From Antechinus flavipes (taxonomy: Eukaryota): a stretch of DNA of 64,000 nt. Below, one piece after another: positions 37,891 through 51,739 of this stretch. Each line of letters starts with the position of its first letter. Position 1 is the first letter of the stretch. Below the pieces are notes generated by a model. The model was not told where the DNA came from, ran no database searches, and saw nothing but the letters and a program-made list of their open reading frames with translations. Location: assembly GCF_016432865.1 (NCBI RefSeq), contig NC_067401.1, positions 38,254,001 through 38,318,000 of the forward strand. Reading direction: 5' to 3'. The position numbers and the translations under genes were made by a program.

Positions 37891-38479
37891 AAAATAAGGT
37901 ATGTAAAATATATTCAAAATAAAAAAGTAAGTAACTTTAAAGTAGGCAGCACTAAGTCTAAGGAATGAATGTCCCATATAAATCAGGAAAAACCTTGTAC
38001 AAAACACAAGCTGAGTCTTGATAAAAGCAGGAATTCTGGAAGATAGAGCTAAGGAGGAGATTGGAAGTATCTGGGATAGATAGTTAATGCAAATGGCATG
38101 GAAACAGGAAATGGCACAGTGAATGAGGAGACCAGCACGTAGACTAGTCTGGCTAAAGGATAGACTGTATGAGGGAAAGTATTGTGTAAGAAGATTGAAA
38201 GGATAAGAAAGGATTAGGGTGTGAAGGGTTTTAAAAGCTAAACAGAAGAGTTTCTACTTGATCCTGGAAGTAAGAAGGAATCACTAGAGTTTGTTTACCT
38301 AATAAGAGGAAGGGGGAAAGATCAAATAGATGATTTATTTTTATGGACAACTTTATGGAAGGTGAATTGGAGTCTGGAGAGACTTTTGGCAGGGAAACTA
38401 GTAAGGAGGCTATTGCAATAGGTAACATATATAGGTCTTCCAAAAGAGCATAACAAAACTGTACTGCAGGGAATAGTAC

Positions 38480-38800
38480 AAGAAAATTGGCCTTAACTTT
38501 TGAATATAGACAATGACTTGTATTTGGTTGGATCCCCAAGATAATTCCAAAGGAAAATTCCACACTTGCAAACAAAATAAAACATTGTCATGTGCCCAGC
38601 AGAACATCAGGGAGTATTTGAAATATGTAACAATAAATTTCCATTTCAAGAAAGCATATATAATAATGGAAGACATTATATTCATGACTATCTTTGCTTC
38701 TTTGTAGATTATTCTTTTATTCTCTGCTGTGCACTTTTTATTTTATTCTGTTTTTCCCCTTTCACCCACTCCATTTCCTCTAAGCAGGCTACAGTTAAGT
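38480..38800 (-). mobile_element. Old L1 3'-end fragment (related copy at ~40570-40850)
   Basis: The two loci share 'tgtcatgtg..cagca.aacat...aaatatg.a.caat.aatttccat' and a pyrimidine-rich 'ttctctgctgt...ttttcccc' tail in the orientation of a reverse-strand L1 3'UTR. Confidence 0.55.
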
Positions 38801-38811
38801 AGTTAAGTATA

Positions 38812-38949
38812 NNNNNNNNNNNNNNNNNNNNNNNNNNNNNNNNNNNNNNNNNNNNNNNNNNNNNNNNNNNNNNNNNNNNNNNNNNNNNNNNNNNNNNNNN
38901 NNNNNNNNNNNNNNNNNNNNNNNNNNNNNNNNNNNNNNNNNNNNNNNNN
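38812..38949. other. Assembly gap (138 N)
   Basis: Run of N. Confidence 1.
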
Positions 38950-41689
38950 CATACCTATATCTACATGCATATATACATATATACATACATGTTCACATAT
39001 GTGTGTGAAACAATATGGCTGATATAATGTAGATTTCTCTTTTAATAGGCTCTTTCTCTGTCTGATGTTTACAACCTTTTATCACGTAATGCTGAAATTT
39101 CTCCATACAAGTACCAAATGAAAACATTTTTAATTTATTAGTAAAAAGACCACATATGCAGGAACAATATTTTAAATAGCTTAGAATTACTCTTCAGCCA
39201 TAAGAAATCATAGAACTGAATCAAATATAATACTCTGAAAATCATATAAGCTCAAGCTGGAGTCCAAGGTAATATATTCTGCAAAACTGAGCCCAATTTT
39301 AATCATACACTTATTATTAATGCCATGTGTCAACAAGAAGAAAAAACAAGGCATTTGGGCATTTCTGCATAAATGGTAGTAATACTCCAGCTACAAGGCA
39401 GCTAGGTGGTGCACTGGGCCTGGAGTTTAAAAGATCTAAGTTCAAATGTGGCCTCAGATGCTTACTGACTGTAATACTGAATAAGTCAATTAACCTGTTT
39501 GCCTCAGTTTTCTCAGTGGAAAAATGGAGATAATATTGCAGGAATGCTGATGAAGAATCAGATGAAATAATATTTGCCTTTATAAATGTAAAAACACTTT
39601 ATAAATGCCTATTCCCTCCTTCCTTGCTTCAATTTAACCAATAGTCATAGGATATGAGCAAGCAGTTCTCAAAATAAAAACAAAAAAGCTATCAATAGCC
39701 AAACTTTTTAAAAGTTCCAAATCCCAAATAATTATTAAAGCAATTCTAAAGCTCCATCTCATACTTATCAGATTTGCAAATATGACCTCAAAATAAGGGA
39801 AATGACAAGTGTTGAAGGGACTGGCTCTTTTGTACATTAATGAACTTTTGGTGGAGATCTGGACTGGTCTAGTGATTCTAGAAAGTAATTTGGAACTATG
39901 CCCCCAAAAGGCATAATCATAGGAAGGGGCAAATAGTACTTCCCTAACTTAATGTCAGTTCCACAAAATGGAACATAGTCAATTGTTCTGACAAAATTGT
40001 ATCACTAGATTAGGAGGAAAAATTCTCCATTAAAAAAAATTACATTAAGGAAATCAGATCAAAAGCATCCTACTCAGCCCATGCTGAAAGTCGCATCTTT
40101 CCTTGAGACAAAACTTCACTTGAAGTACTTTGCAGCTGTCATTCTTAATTCCTGTTAATCTTGTAGATCACTGACTCAATAGCATATCTTAATCATATTT
40201 GGGATCAGACTCAGAATAATATCAGTAATCATAGTTTGGGGTAATTTAACTTGCTAAAGCTCATGTATCTTTGATATAGATGAACAAAGTTCAAAAGTCT
40301 GTATTGTACTTAAGTCACACTATAGAGTTCTTTCAATCTGCTTTTTTGTTTGGATAAATCATATTCTTAAATCAGCTCTAAAAGGACTTCTTTCTTCTCA
40401 ATCTGCTTCTCAGGTTTGAAAATATAAGACAAATGATATAAAATAGAGATATAAGAAGAATCATTATGTTATATTACACATAATCCACCTGAAACTTGAG
40501 AGAATTTTCACGAAGACCTGAATTAGAAAATCAAGCTGTGTCCTTTGCCATGTTATTAGACAGATGTTTCAAATGACATTTTTACACATAAAATACTTTA
40601 TTTATTTATCTTAAACTTGCATACAAAATGGGGGGGGTGTCATGTGTACAGCAAAACATAGGAAAGGATTCAAAATATGAAGCAATGAATTTCCATCAAG
40701 ACAGCCTATATAATATATATTACACATTGTATTCAGAGCTGTCCATCTTTTCTTTGCTTCATTATAGGTTTCCTTTTGTTCTCTGCTGTATACTTTTTAG
40801 TTTATTCTTTTCCCCTTCCTCTCCTCACCACCAAGAAGGTTACAATTAAGTGGGGGGATAGATAGGTAGGTAGATAGATAATTATTCATTTATTCCTTTA
40901 CAAACACATAAATATGCATATATGTGTATATATATACATAAATATATACATGCATATATAGATATTTAGAGCAAAATATACATAGACCCTACTATGTTTG
41001 TTTGTCTTCTGTTTCTCATAAAGATGGATAACATCTTCCTTTATAAGTCCAAGTCTTTCTATCTTTTCTTACACCACAGCTATATATCAATCTCATAATC
41101 CCAATTATTTTAATAGTCTAAAATAATATAGATTAATGACTGACATATAGTGTGGTTTCCCTATTTTTATCTTTTAATTAATTGTATTTTAGCTTTAACT
41201 TTGTGCAAGATCATGATTACTAAATCCCTGCTTTTTTTTTAACATAACAAATTCTATTCCTGATCTTTATTATATGTTTTGTGTATATCTCTTATTTCCT
41301 AATCATCCTAATTCCTCTATGTTAGTTTTACCCTTTTCCTTGCCCTCCTATTACTTAACTGACACCTTGGATTTATTTATTTTACTTTTTTTTCCCCTCA
41401 ATATCTTTCATTTGATTTTTAAAGTCTCTTTTTAGTTCTGTGAATTCTTTGGGGGCAAGTGACCATTTGTTACTACACTTTGGGGTAAAAGAAGCCTTTT
41501 ACTTCCTCTGAAAATAAACCCATTTTCTCTATTCCTATAGTAATTTTTTTATGATTGGGTTCTTTCTCCTTTATTCTTTTTTTTAAAAAATTTTTATAAC
41601 ACCTTGTTTTTGTAATCACCTCTAATTCTGGGGTATGGGGAACAACCTAACTCTAGATTGAATCTAGATTGAAGACTAAACAAGTATAT

Positions 41690-42155
41690 TTCAAGAGGTT
41701 TAAAAGTCTTCTAAACTTCTAGAAAGATGAAAAACTTGCTAAAATAGAGATGGGCTTTTTAAAAGGATGTATAGAATAAGATTAGGAGAGTGGGAGGAGA
41801 AAATAGAAAAAGGAATATTAGATGAAATAAAGAGTAAGTTGGTAAGGGGAAAAGATAAGATAACAGGAATAGTGTAAAAAGAGAGGCTAAAAAAGAAAAT
41901 AGTGGGTAAAAATAAAATGGAAGAAAATTCACCAATAATGATTATAGCTTTGAATGTGAATGTGATAAACTCACCCATAAAATGGAAATGAATAGCATAA
42001 TAGGTTAAAAATCATAATCCAACAAAATGCTATTTATAAGAAACATTTAAGAATGAGAGCTACACACACAGTTAAAAATAGAGGGTTGGAGCAAAATTTA
42101 TGTCAGTTGATGCAAAAAAAAAAAAAAAAAAGCAAGGGTAGCAATTATGATCTCA
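41690..42155 (+). mobile_element. L1 fragment: purine-rich inter-ORF region and start of the ORF2 endonuclease
   Basis: 'tttgaatgtgaatgtgataaactcacccataaaatgg...aatccaacaaaatgctatttataagaaac...gggttggagcaaaatttat...aaagcaagggtagcaattatgatctca' parallels 60070-60290. Confidence 0.8.
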
Positions 42156-42179
42156 AAGCTTTCATACTATCTTGGAATA

Positions 42180-42410
42180 GGTGTGAGATGTTGATCTATG
42201 CCAAACTATTTTCCAGTTTTCCCAGCACTTTTTGTCAATTAGGGAGTTCTTAACTCAGAAGCTGGAGTCTTTGGGTTTATCAAAGAGTAGATTGCAGTTA
42301 TTGACTCTTGTGTCTTATATACCTTACCTACTCCACTGATGCCACTCTATTTCTTAGCCAATACCAGATGATTTTGATGACTGAGCACTTTATAATATAG
42401 TTTTAGATCA
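42180..42410 (-). mobile_element. L1 ORF2 fragment, reverse strand
   Basis: Reverse complement reads gatctaaaactatattataaag...gtcatcaaaatcatctggtattggctaagaaatagagtgg; compare 63296-63320. Confidence 0.8.
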
Positions 42411-45400
42411 TGGTTTTCTAAATGACCTTAAATGTTACCCATTTTGGTTGAGAAAGATCCTAGTTACTAAAATAGCAGTGCTGCAAAGTAAAGAAAGATT
42501 GTTAAAATCTATCTTATAACTCGCAAAGACTTGGAAGTGAACTCTGACATTCTTTTCTCCCAATGATGGGTTATTGTGATATTCTAATTTACTAAAGCAA
42601 AATATATTAGGCGATAATAACTTAGTCAGATGTGTTTCAAATTTATAAATTCTTTAAAAAATCATTTATTTTGTAATCCCTGGCATTTTTATAGAATAGT
42701 AGTTTATTGGTTTGTTGTCTTTTATTCTTGAAAGGGACTAAAATAACATTACTATGTTAGAGTTGAGTTATAGTGTATCTTGATTATAGCTAATCAGACC
42801 AATATGAGCTCAGAGAGTTCTGCCACAGATCAGACACAAATAAGCCCTATAAACATTTGACAAACACATATCAGTAAACCTGATTGCTATAGAAAACATA
42901 ACTTCTTTACTCTGATTCAAACTGTTATGATAAAGGATTAATAATTTAAAAGTATAAAGCAATGGGTTTGGTTCTTTTCATGATTCAAAATATAAAAAAG
43001 CAGTAAAGATGGCTGAAAGTGTCACCATGGATTTGTAATATGAGTCAACTAAAATAATTGCCACTAGTAATTATAACTTGAAATGAATTGGGTTTAAAAT
43101 TTAGTTTTAAAGCTACATTGTAATTGTACTATAATAGGAGATTTAATCAGTCTTTGCATATACAAGGAGATAAAAAATATTTTCACCTATCTCCCAAAGT
43201 TGTTGGAAGAAGTACATGATTATAGAAGACTTAGCATGGCTTATGTAAGAATTCAGTTAGACATAGGTACCCATTTTGCTTTGCATATGTTTATTTTTAT
43301 TACACAAAACTAATTAATTGCAATACTGTCACCCTTTTTGTGCTTCATGGATATAAATACACAGTTCATTCTAGTTTCCTTAAGTCTATGGTTTTTATAA
43401 GTGATTGTCAAATTAGTCTGAGAGCAATTAGAAAGTTTAAGGTCCCCCCTTCTTCCTCATTTCCTTCTCCAAGTTAACTTTTTTTATGCTGGAATACTAT
43501 TCATCAAGCCGTTTAATAAAGGTTAGGATCAATGACAAGGCACAAGCTTTTTGATGTATGGAATGGGTACAAAGAGGATTACAAATCCAATCAATCCAAA
43601 TCTTGAAGGGAAGAGAAAGGTGCCAAGCTTGTGACTGTGTATAAATTTCACTCCCTTTGAGTTGCTTTCTGATCCTCAAAACAAGCTTTTCTTTTTCTTG
43701 AAGCATGTTAGGATTCACCCTCAACCTAAGAATCCCAATCAGGACAGTCTTGGTATCCTTGAGTTGGTTGTTTAAAAGCAGAGCAAATGAATTCCAATTC
43801 AACCCCCTTTTTACTTAATCCTGGGGCTACTAAAGATATTCCTTCCTTTACAACATCTTGAAGACCTTCAATGATAGCAAACTTGCTATTTTGGGAGACA
43901 TCCCATTTTATCTTTGAATATTTCTAATATTTAGGGGTTTTTTTGGTTATATAGAGTTGAAATTTGTCTTTTTATAACTTCAACTCATTGCTCAGGTATG
44001 TCATCTAGAACCACAAGAGATTTTGGCCTCTTTATTTCCTATTGGAAAGCCATCAGATATTTATACAAAGTTCCACTATTGTGCTTTCCCCTGCTTCCAA
44101 GTCTCCTCTTCCATATTTTATATATTCTTATTTCCTTCTGGTTCAAAAGAGCTGACATATCAGTAAGAAGTCTTTAGAATATTTATTGGTTCCTTATCCT
44201 TCTTTATACCTTACCTAACACTTGGCCATCATAACTGAAGTTATCTGTAGGAAGAAGTAACATAAATCTAGTTGCTTATCTGTGGATTTATACCTGTCAT
44301 TTAATTTAATAGCCAAAATATCAGGCTGATGCCAGGAATAATAGAAATTTTCACTTTCACTTCCTCCTTCATACCTAAACCATTTACCACATCAGGAAAC
44401 ACTACTGATGTTTGTTCATGTCAAGTCAGAACTTGACATTGGAACTGGGCCTTGTGTTACAGTGATATATGTATATAGAACAATCTGGATTCTGGTCCAC
44501 CTCTTCTATGTGGAGACTGATTTCCATCTTTGTGGGGAGCAAGAGGAAGAGGAAGCTGGGAACTCATTACTATCTCCAAGACAGGTATAAGATTAGAATT
44601 ACAAATATTTCTTTTACATCAGATATTTGCAGGATAGTTATTCTTTGTCCTTTGTTCTCGAAGAGGACCATAACATCAGGTTGGCAATGGATGCCATGAC
44701 TTGCAAGTGAATTGGATTTAAGTGAGGGAAGCCTTACTTTCTCTCCCAGAGCTATCTGGGTCCACTGGCAAGATATAGATCAGGAAGATTGGAAATGGCC
44801 CAGGATTTAGTGGGAGATCTTGGTCTTTTCATGCAAAGGTCTTCAACAGGTCTTAGTTTTATTTTATTTTTTATTTTTTGCTGTGAGGGTGGGATCAGAA
44901 TTTAAAAAAAGAAAAAACACTTTGTCTAGTTACTCCAAAGTGAGGGAGGAAAAATAGATTGCTTTGGGCCAGTTTAGTTCCTTCTGAGCAAATGCTTATC
45001 ACACAAAAATTTAACATGGATAGTGAGTAAATGTATTTACCACAACAAGTAGTAAAAAAGGGATTGGAAAATTTGTAGAGATTAGCTATTATAATTTTTT
45101 TTTATTTTTTATTCTATTTTTAAAATTAAATTTAATTTTATTCTAGAGTTTTATTCTAATTTTTCCTGTATTGTCTCCTAAAATTTTCCCTTTTTTAATA
45201 CTTTCCTGAATCCCTATTTCACTGAATTTATCCTGAACATTTCTTATTATTAATAAAAACAGTTCTTAAAATTCAGACTACAACTTTAAATCAATCCCAA
45301 ATGATTTTAAAGGTCCCTTTATGTAAATAATTGATCTGTTAAGCTTTGATCTAACCAGATTTTAAATAGTTTGCTGGTGCCCCAAAGGCTCATCAAAATA

Positions 45401-46040
45401 TTTCTTAAACTATCCAAATTACAATTTTAGAAATTAAAAAAATTAATTATTCCTTTTTCACAAATTTGGTATCTGTCTTTGCATGATAGTTTCCAATTGA
45501 TTTCTGTATCTGTTCTTCATCTCAGCAATCTCCCACATGACCAGTATTGGGAATTATGAAGAAAAAAAAAAAAGGAGAGAGAGATTTATCTTAAGTTTTT
45601 TTTTTTTTTGGGGGGGGGAATTACTTTTTATTACGTATTTCTTTTGGTTAATCACACCAAAAGAAAAGGCATGGTTAAGATACCTGTTGACTATGAATTC
45701 GCACAAAGCACAAAAAGTATAGCATAGACAAAACAGACACAGTTAAAACCTTGCAAAAATGGACCCTTTAAGGAGCAGTAAACATGTCCTTCAGTTTTAT
45801 ATTTAGTTTTTCTAGTGCAAAAAGAAAGGTTTACAAATTTATTGGTTTACAAATGTATATTTTAATTTTGTGTGTATTTGAAAGGGATAGCAAGTTGCAG
45901 CTGCCAAGCCTACCTGCTTTCTACTGTTACAAATTTTTCTCCACTCCTTACCCTGCTCTTTATGGACTTTGTTTTTTGTTTGAATTTTTTAGCCAAAAAA
46001 AAAAACTGATATTAAAATTCACAAAGAAATAGGTGTACTT

Positions 46041-46822
46041 ATTTGGATCTATGCTCAAAAAATTATCAAACTGTGCATACCCTTTGATCTAGCAGTGTTT
46101 CTACTAAGCTTATATCCCAAAGAAATATTAAAGAAGGGAAAAGGACCTGTAGGTGCATGAATGTTTGTGGCAGCCCTTTTCGTAGTGGCTAGAAACTGGA
46201 AGTTGAAGGGATGCCCATCAATTGGAGAATGGCTGAATAAATTGTGGTATATGAATATTATGGAATATTATTGTTCTGTAAGAAATGACCAGCAGGATGA
46301 TTTCAGAAAGGCCTGGAGAGACTTACCTGCAGTGATACTGAGTGAAGTGAGCAGCACCAGGAGATCATTATATACTTCAACAACAATACTATATGATAAT
46401 CAATTCTGATGGATGTGGCCATCTCCAGCAATGAGATGAATCAAATCAGTTCCAATTGTTCAGTAATGAATAGAACCAGCTACACCCAGCGAAAGAACTC
46501 TGGGAGATGACTAAGAACCATTACCTAGAATTCCCAATCCGTATATTTTTGTCCCTCTACATTTTTGATTTTCTTCGCAGGCTAGTAGTACACTATTTCA
46601 AAGTCTGATTCTTTTTGTACAGCAAAATAACTGTTAGGACATGTATGCTTATATTGTATTTAATTTATACTTTACCATATTTAATATGTATTGGTCAACC
46701 TGTCATCGGAGGGAGGGGATGGGAGGAAGGAGGGGGAAATTTGGAACAAAAGTTTTGGCAATTGTCAATCAAAATTACCCATGCATATAACTTGTAAGTA
46801 AAAAGCTATAATAATAATAAAA
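46041..46822 (+). mobile_element. 5'-truncated L1 (end of ORF2, 3'UTR, A-rich tail) with 18-bp target-site duplication
   Basis: Translates MFVAALFVVARNWKLKGCPSIGEWLNKLWYMNIMEYY (ORF2 C-terminus). Flanked by aaagaaataggtgtactt (46023-46040) and aaagaaatagatgtgctt (46823-46840), 2 mismatches. Confidence 0.92.
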
Positions 46823-49800
46823 AAAGAAATAGATGTGCTTTAACAAAAGCTTCTCTTCTTTTTCTTTTATACATGCGCAAGTTCTCACTAAAAAAAAAAA
46901 AAGTAGGGGGGGGAGTTCTAAAATGTCATTCTTCCCCATTAATGTGGAGGTTCCTTATTGTATGGATCCTTTCCCACAGCTAAAACTCAAATATTCTGGA
47001 ATCTGTTTTGGTATATTCTTGAGTTCTTTCCATTTTTAATTTTAGGGCTTAATCTCTAAAGTCTTAAGACCAATCAACCAGGACCTTTTTATCAATGAAG
47101 AGAAACATTAAAAATCATTTGATTGGTCCCTGGAAAGTCTATATTGAACAAACCCAGAGACCAATTTTATAGAGTAATTTTAATTTTGACTGAATTTCCA
47201 GCAAAATTTATGCTAACTTTCCTTTAAAACTTCCTAACTAATTTAACTTTGTCAGTAAATGACTTAGTTCTAAGAATAAAATACATGGTTCTTTTCTCAT
47301 AATAGCCTTATTCACTAACCAAAAGAGAGCTCTTCCCTTTTCTCATATCTTTGAAAACTAAAATGAACCTTCTTTTCAGGTCAGAAAAAGGTGGGATTGT
47401 GTCCAGAGTGGTAGAATGCCTTGACAATTTATCACTGAGATGGGGCATCTCTGCCCTAAGATCCAATCATTGCTCCTTCAAAGTGATGTCTGAGCACTCC
47501 AGAGGGGAATCACTCCCCCAAGCCTTACCCATCCAAGAGTCGATTCATTATCTTATGAACTACTGTTTGAGTTCCCTCTCAATCAGTTTGAGAAATTGCT
47601 GTAATGATGACAAAATGATTTAATTATTCCTTGTTGAAAACTATTCTTTAAAAGGCCAAAACCTTTTTAGATTCTATCAAAAGGAAGTTCTAGCTGCTGG
47701 CTATAAAAATAAAAAAACAAAACCTAACTTCTTCATTACTGAATCTCCCTTGGCTTTTCTATTTAACAAAATTAAAGTAAGAAAGAATGGAAGGGGAAAA
47801 TAACCTATGTTTAAAAAGTTTAAATTATGGTCATATAATTTTCATAAAAAATGAATTTGTTTAAATGCTCTAGAGCTCATAAATTCAAACAATACCTCTT
47901 AACCCAATTGGGGGCCTTCCTTTAAGAAAAAGAATTTTAGGGAGTAAATTAAGGCAGACTCACTCATCTTGAAGAGACTTACCTCAGGCTTGGAGAATTT
48001 GGGTGTGGATGATGAGAACCCAGCCTCCCAGGGCTAGTATCTTTGGGGGAGCCATCAGCAAAAAAATTCATTTGGTTGTGCTCTTTCTGGGTCCTTTGTA
48101 AGGACCAGACTAAAAAATATGGGGTCCACACATTACCATCCCATCTGGGTTTGCCATAATTTGGAATCCAAAATCATCCAACCTACAATAAAAGAAACTG
48201 AGGCAGAGCTCCAAACTAATAGAACTTTATGATTCCCTTCAATAAAGTGGACTTCATATCTTTCCTATAATCTGGGATGTCCTCTTCCTCAAGGACTTGA
48301 GATTTATAGTGCTTGATATCTAGACAATGTAGAAAACCAAATCAAAAACACACAGTTTCATTGGTTTACAAATATATATTTTAATTTTGTGTGTATTTGA
48401 AAAGAACTAGCAAGTTCTGCATAGTAGATTTCTAGTTTCATTAAAATTACCTTTTTTTGCTGTACTGTTATAGAAATGCTTGTTTTATCCCATAAGTTAA
48501 AAATAAAATTAAGAAAGATTTTTTTAAAAGAATCTCATTGGTTGACAGACCTTACCTTTGGCCTTCTGGGAAGGTCAACACAAAACCTAGAATCCCATTG
48601 TTGACAAATGAACCAGTGAGTAGATATTGACAAATCTATATTCATCTTTCAGGAGGTCTTACCTAGCTGACTAGCACCCTCATGGGCTGGGTTGTTAACA
48701 GATGTAAAAACATCTAGGTGGGCTGCTGGCTGGTAGAAAAGAAGGCCACAAGCAAGCAAAAATGGTCACTTATTGGCCAAATGCTCATGGCCATTTCCCC
48801 ATGTTGGACACTAAAGGAACGATGAAGAATAGAGGGGCAACAAAAATAGCTAGGGGGAGAGGAAAACTTTCCATGCTATTGAGTCACTTCTGCCACTATG
48901 GGCTAGGTCATCATAACAAGGCAAAAACAAGGGTGGAAGTTCTGTAGTTTAGTTTCCTATGATTAAGCAAATGAACTTACAATCTGCAGTTCACAGCTCT
49001 GAGGCTTAACATAGAAAACTTAAAATCACTATCAGATTAATGCTGAATGGAATAAAATCAGGATCTTATTAATTATCTATCATATTTTCCAGACTGTATA
49101 TGGAAATACTCTTCTTATTGAGTATTTGTTAAGTTCAGAATATTTTAAGTTTAAATGGAAGTGAGTAATTGACTTAAAAACACTCAAAAAAGAAAAATGT
49201 AAGAACAGAAAATAAGGATGATTATTATTAAAAAGCTAATCAGTGAAATAAAGTATCTCATACTTGGTTGTTTTCAAAAAATTTGGATTGCATAGTTTTT
49301 TTAAAGTATCACTAAATCATTGAGGAAAAGCTTTTAAAATCAAGAAATGGGGAAAAGAAAGAACTAAATTCACATTCAATGGACTAAATTCCACTACCTT
49401 ATAACTGAGTCAATATATTTTATTGAAATGATTACATAAAGGGAAGTCGCATACATGGAAAGATGGAAAACAAGAAGAAAAGATTCTGAAGATGTATCCC
49501 CACCTAGTCCTGTGGTGAGTAGAGAAAGGATAATAATTTCTTTAATCTTCCAATGAGAAGAAAAAGTTGGGAGAACAAGATAAAATCAATGGCGGAGAGG
49601 GTTGGAAGGATAGAAAATTAAGATTTATCCAAGAAGAAGAAGGAATACTACCATACCAGGGAGATGGGGTTCAGGGAAGGACAACATTATCTGTCACACA
49701 CCAAAAAAAAAAAAAAAACCCAGATATCTTATAATGAATTCCATTTGAGTAGAATGGGTACGATGAGAGGTTGTCTTTTCTCAAATAATGCTTTTACCTC

Positions 49801-50599
49801 TCAAGATTTCATCTCGTATAGGGCTCTGAGGGAAGCCAGAATACAAAATGGTGAGAGAAATATGGAACCAAAGATAGAATAACTTGGACAGGTAATGATC
49901 ACAATAAGGGCAGGATGCAGGATTAGCCATAAAAACTCAGGAAACTACAGACCAATATGATTGATGACTATCATGAAAAAAATTAAGACCTTCCCAGAAA
50001 AAAAAGATATTGGCTATATTTAGATGAAACATGATTTATATCCCGTCCAAATAACCACTTCAAGACTCTTGATATCCATTATTTATCATGGGCTTTCTGT
50101 TCCACCCTGCAAATCAAATCCTCTGTACCAATTTTCTGCTATTTGATTTAGTAATCATAATCAGTTCGATACTACCATTATTTCTGGTAAAGTCATGTCA
50201 GGAAAATTCCTATGGTTCCACTTGACATCTCTGTGACCCAGATCCTGATGCCCTTCCCTGGCCTTAACACCCCTTTACATATTGTTTCCTCTTTTCTGAC
50301 TAGAAGCTGACTTAGGGCAGATGCTGTTTTGTTGTTGTATTTATGTAACAAACAGAATGTTTTTCATTTATTCATTGAGGTGAACTTGAAACTGTCATGA
50401 CCCATTTCCAATTCTAAATTCTGTAATCCTATAATCCTATGGCCCCTGCCTTCAGCAAATGTATGAAGCTCACAGAGGTTCTTGTGTAAAACACCCTAAA
50501 ACAATGATAGATGGGAGCTAATTTTGGCTCAAATTGGGGAGCTCCTAATGTAATCATGATGAGTAGGTGAGGAGCAGTTAGCTTAGTTAATATTGTTGG

Positions 50600-50730
50600 T
50601 GACAAGGGTGGAGAAAGAGGGGTGGCGCTGGGTTTGGTTGAGAATGAATCAGGCCATCCCACAGAAAGGGAGTCACCACCCTGAGATGGATGATTAGACC
50701 CAGTATAAGAAGCCCAGTATCCCAGACAGT
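50600..50730 (+). promoter_or_regulatory. Proximal promoter of SFTP gene 2: TGAATCA 50645-50651, CACCC box, TATAAGA 50704-50710
   Basis: Collinear paralog of the gene 1 promoter; TGAATCA-to-TATA spacing is 59 nt in both. Confidence 0.75.
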
Positions 50731-50732
50731 TG

Positions 50733-50785
50733 ATACCCTGCAAGTTGCTTCTATCTCCATCCTCTTTGTTCCTTTGGTGAACAAG
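50733..50785 (+). other. Non-coding exon 1 of SFTP gene 2 (start site inferred)
   Basis: gataccctgcaagttgcttctatctccatcct...ggtgaacaag|gtaagtgag, nearly identical to gene 1 exon 1; donor GT at 50786. Confidence 0.75.
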
Positions 50786-51485
50786 GTAAGTGAGGACTTC
50801 TTCAGTCTTGCTACGACTACAGGCATTTAGTGTGGTAACAGGCATAAATCTAGGGAATGGGGTGATTAGAACAGGAACCCTGAACTGGTACCAGAAGAGC
50901 AGGGTTCAGATTATAGCTCTTCCCCTTAATAGCTGTGTAACCTTGGGTAGCTAGGTGGCACCATAGTATACAGAATACTAGGGCTAGAGTCAGGAAGACC
51001 TGCATTCAAATTTGACTTTAGGCACTTACTAACCATGTAACTCTGGGCAAGTCACTTAACCACTATTCTCCTTATCTGTAAAGTGAGGGTAGGGAACAAC
51101 ATGATCTCTAAGGTGCTTTCCAGCACTCCTCTGTTAGGATGCCTATAGAGGCCTATAAGAGCATCTGGCAGTTTTGTTTTCCCCTCCCTTTAAGGCCATC
51201 ATCAGGATAAGAGTAGGTTTTGCTTCCAGTCCTGTCTTTCAAGACTTCCTATGGGACCTTGGAGCTTAAGTCTCTAGGACTGAGTGTTTTATTGTATTGA
51301 TGAAGAAGAATTTCCCTGCTCTACCTTTCCCCATGACACAGTTCAAAGGGAAAACAGATAAGATGGGAAATAAGTTCAAGAATGTTATTGTAGAAAATTG
51401 TCACTTGAAGCCCCTTAAAGAATATAAAAAATGGCAGTAAAGGGTTATGTTTTCTCCCTCCAGGTCAATTAAATTGTGCACCAAG

Positions 51486-51617
51486 ATGTCTCATCTCTTG
51501 GCAAGCATCTCCACCATCATGGATGTTTTCTACCAATATTGTGACCAAGACGAGGACACAATGAGCCAAAGTGCACTGAAGGAATTTCTGGAGAATGAGC
51601 TGCAATGTATTCTGAAG
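51486..51617 (+). CDS. SFTP gene 2 (hornerin/filaggrin-2-like), coding exon 2: N-terminal S100 half
   Basis: Acceptor ctccctccag| at 51463, ATG at 51486, 44 codons MSHLLASISTIMDVFYQYCDQDEDTMSQSALKEFLENELQCILK, donor aag|gtgag at 51618. Confidence 0.92.
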
Positions 51618-51739
51618 GTGAGTTTTCTATTAAATGCAATGGGCTGGGACAAAAGGCAGGTGTATTTTCTTTTATTTGGTATTTTTCATATTCAGCCATT
51701 CCTAAAAAGAGGGAGCCAGGTGGTATAGTAGATAGAGTA

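Noticed and set aside
36980-38986. ORFs with CVCVCV runs or X runs
   Set aside because: They are translations of (CA)n microsatellites and the N gap.
41690-42410. Adjacent opposite-orientation L1 fragments as a twin-priming inversion
   Set aside because: The pieces come from distant parts of ORF2, with no poly(A) tail or TSD linking them. Independent insertions or later rearrangement are equally likely.
47050-48330. Possible ancient LINE ORF1-like or ERV relic on the minus strand
   Set aside because: Only vague similarity by eye with many stops. I cannot assign a family without a Dfam/RepeatMasker search, so it is not listed as a feature.
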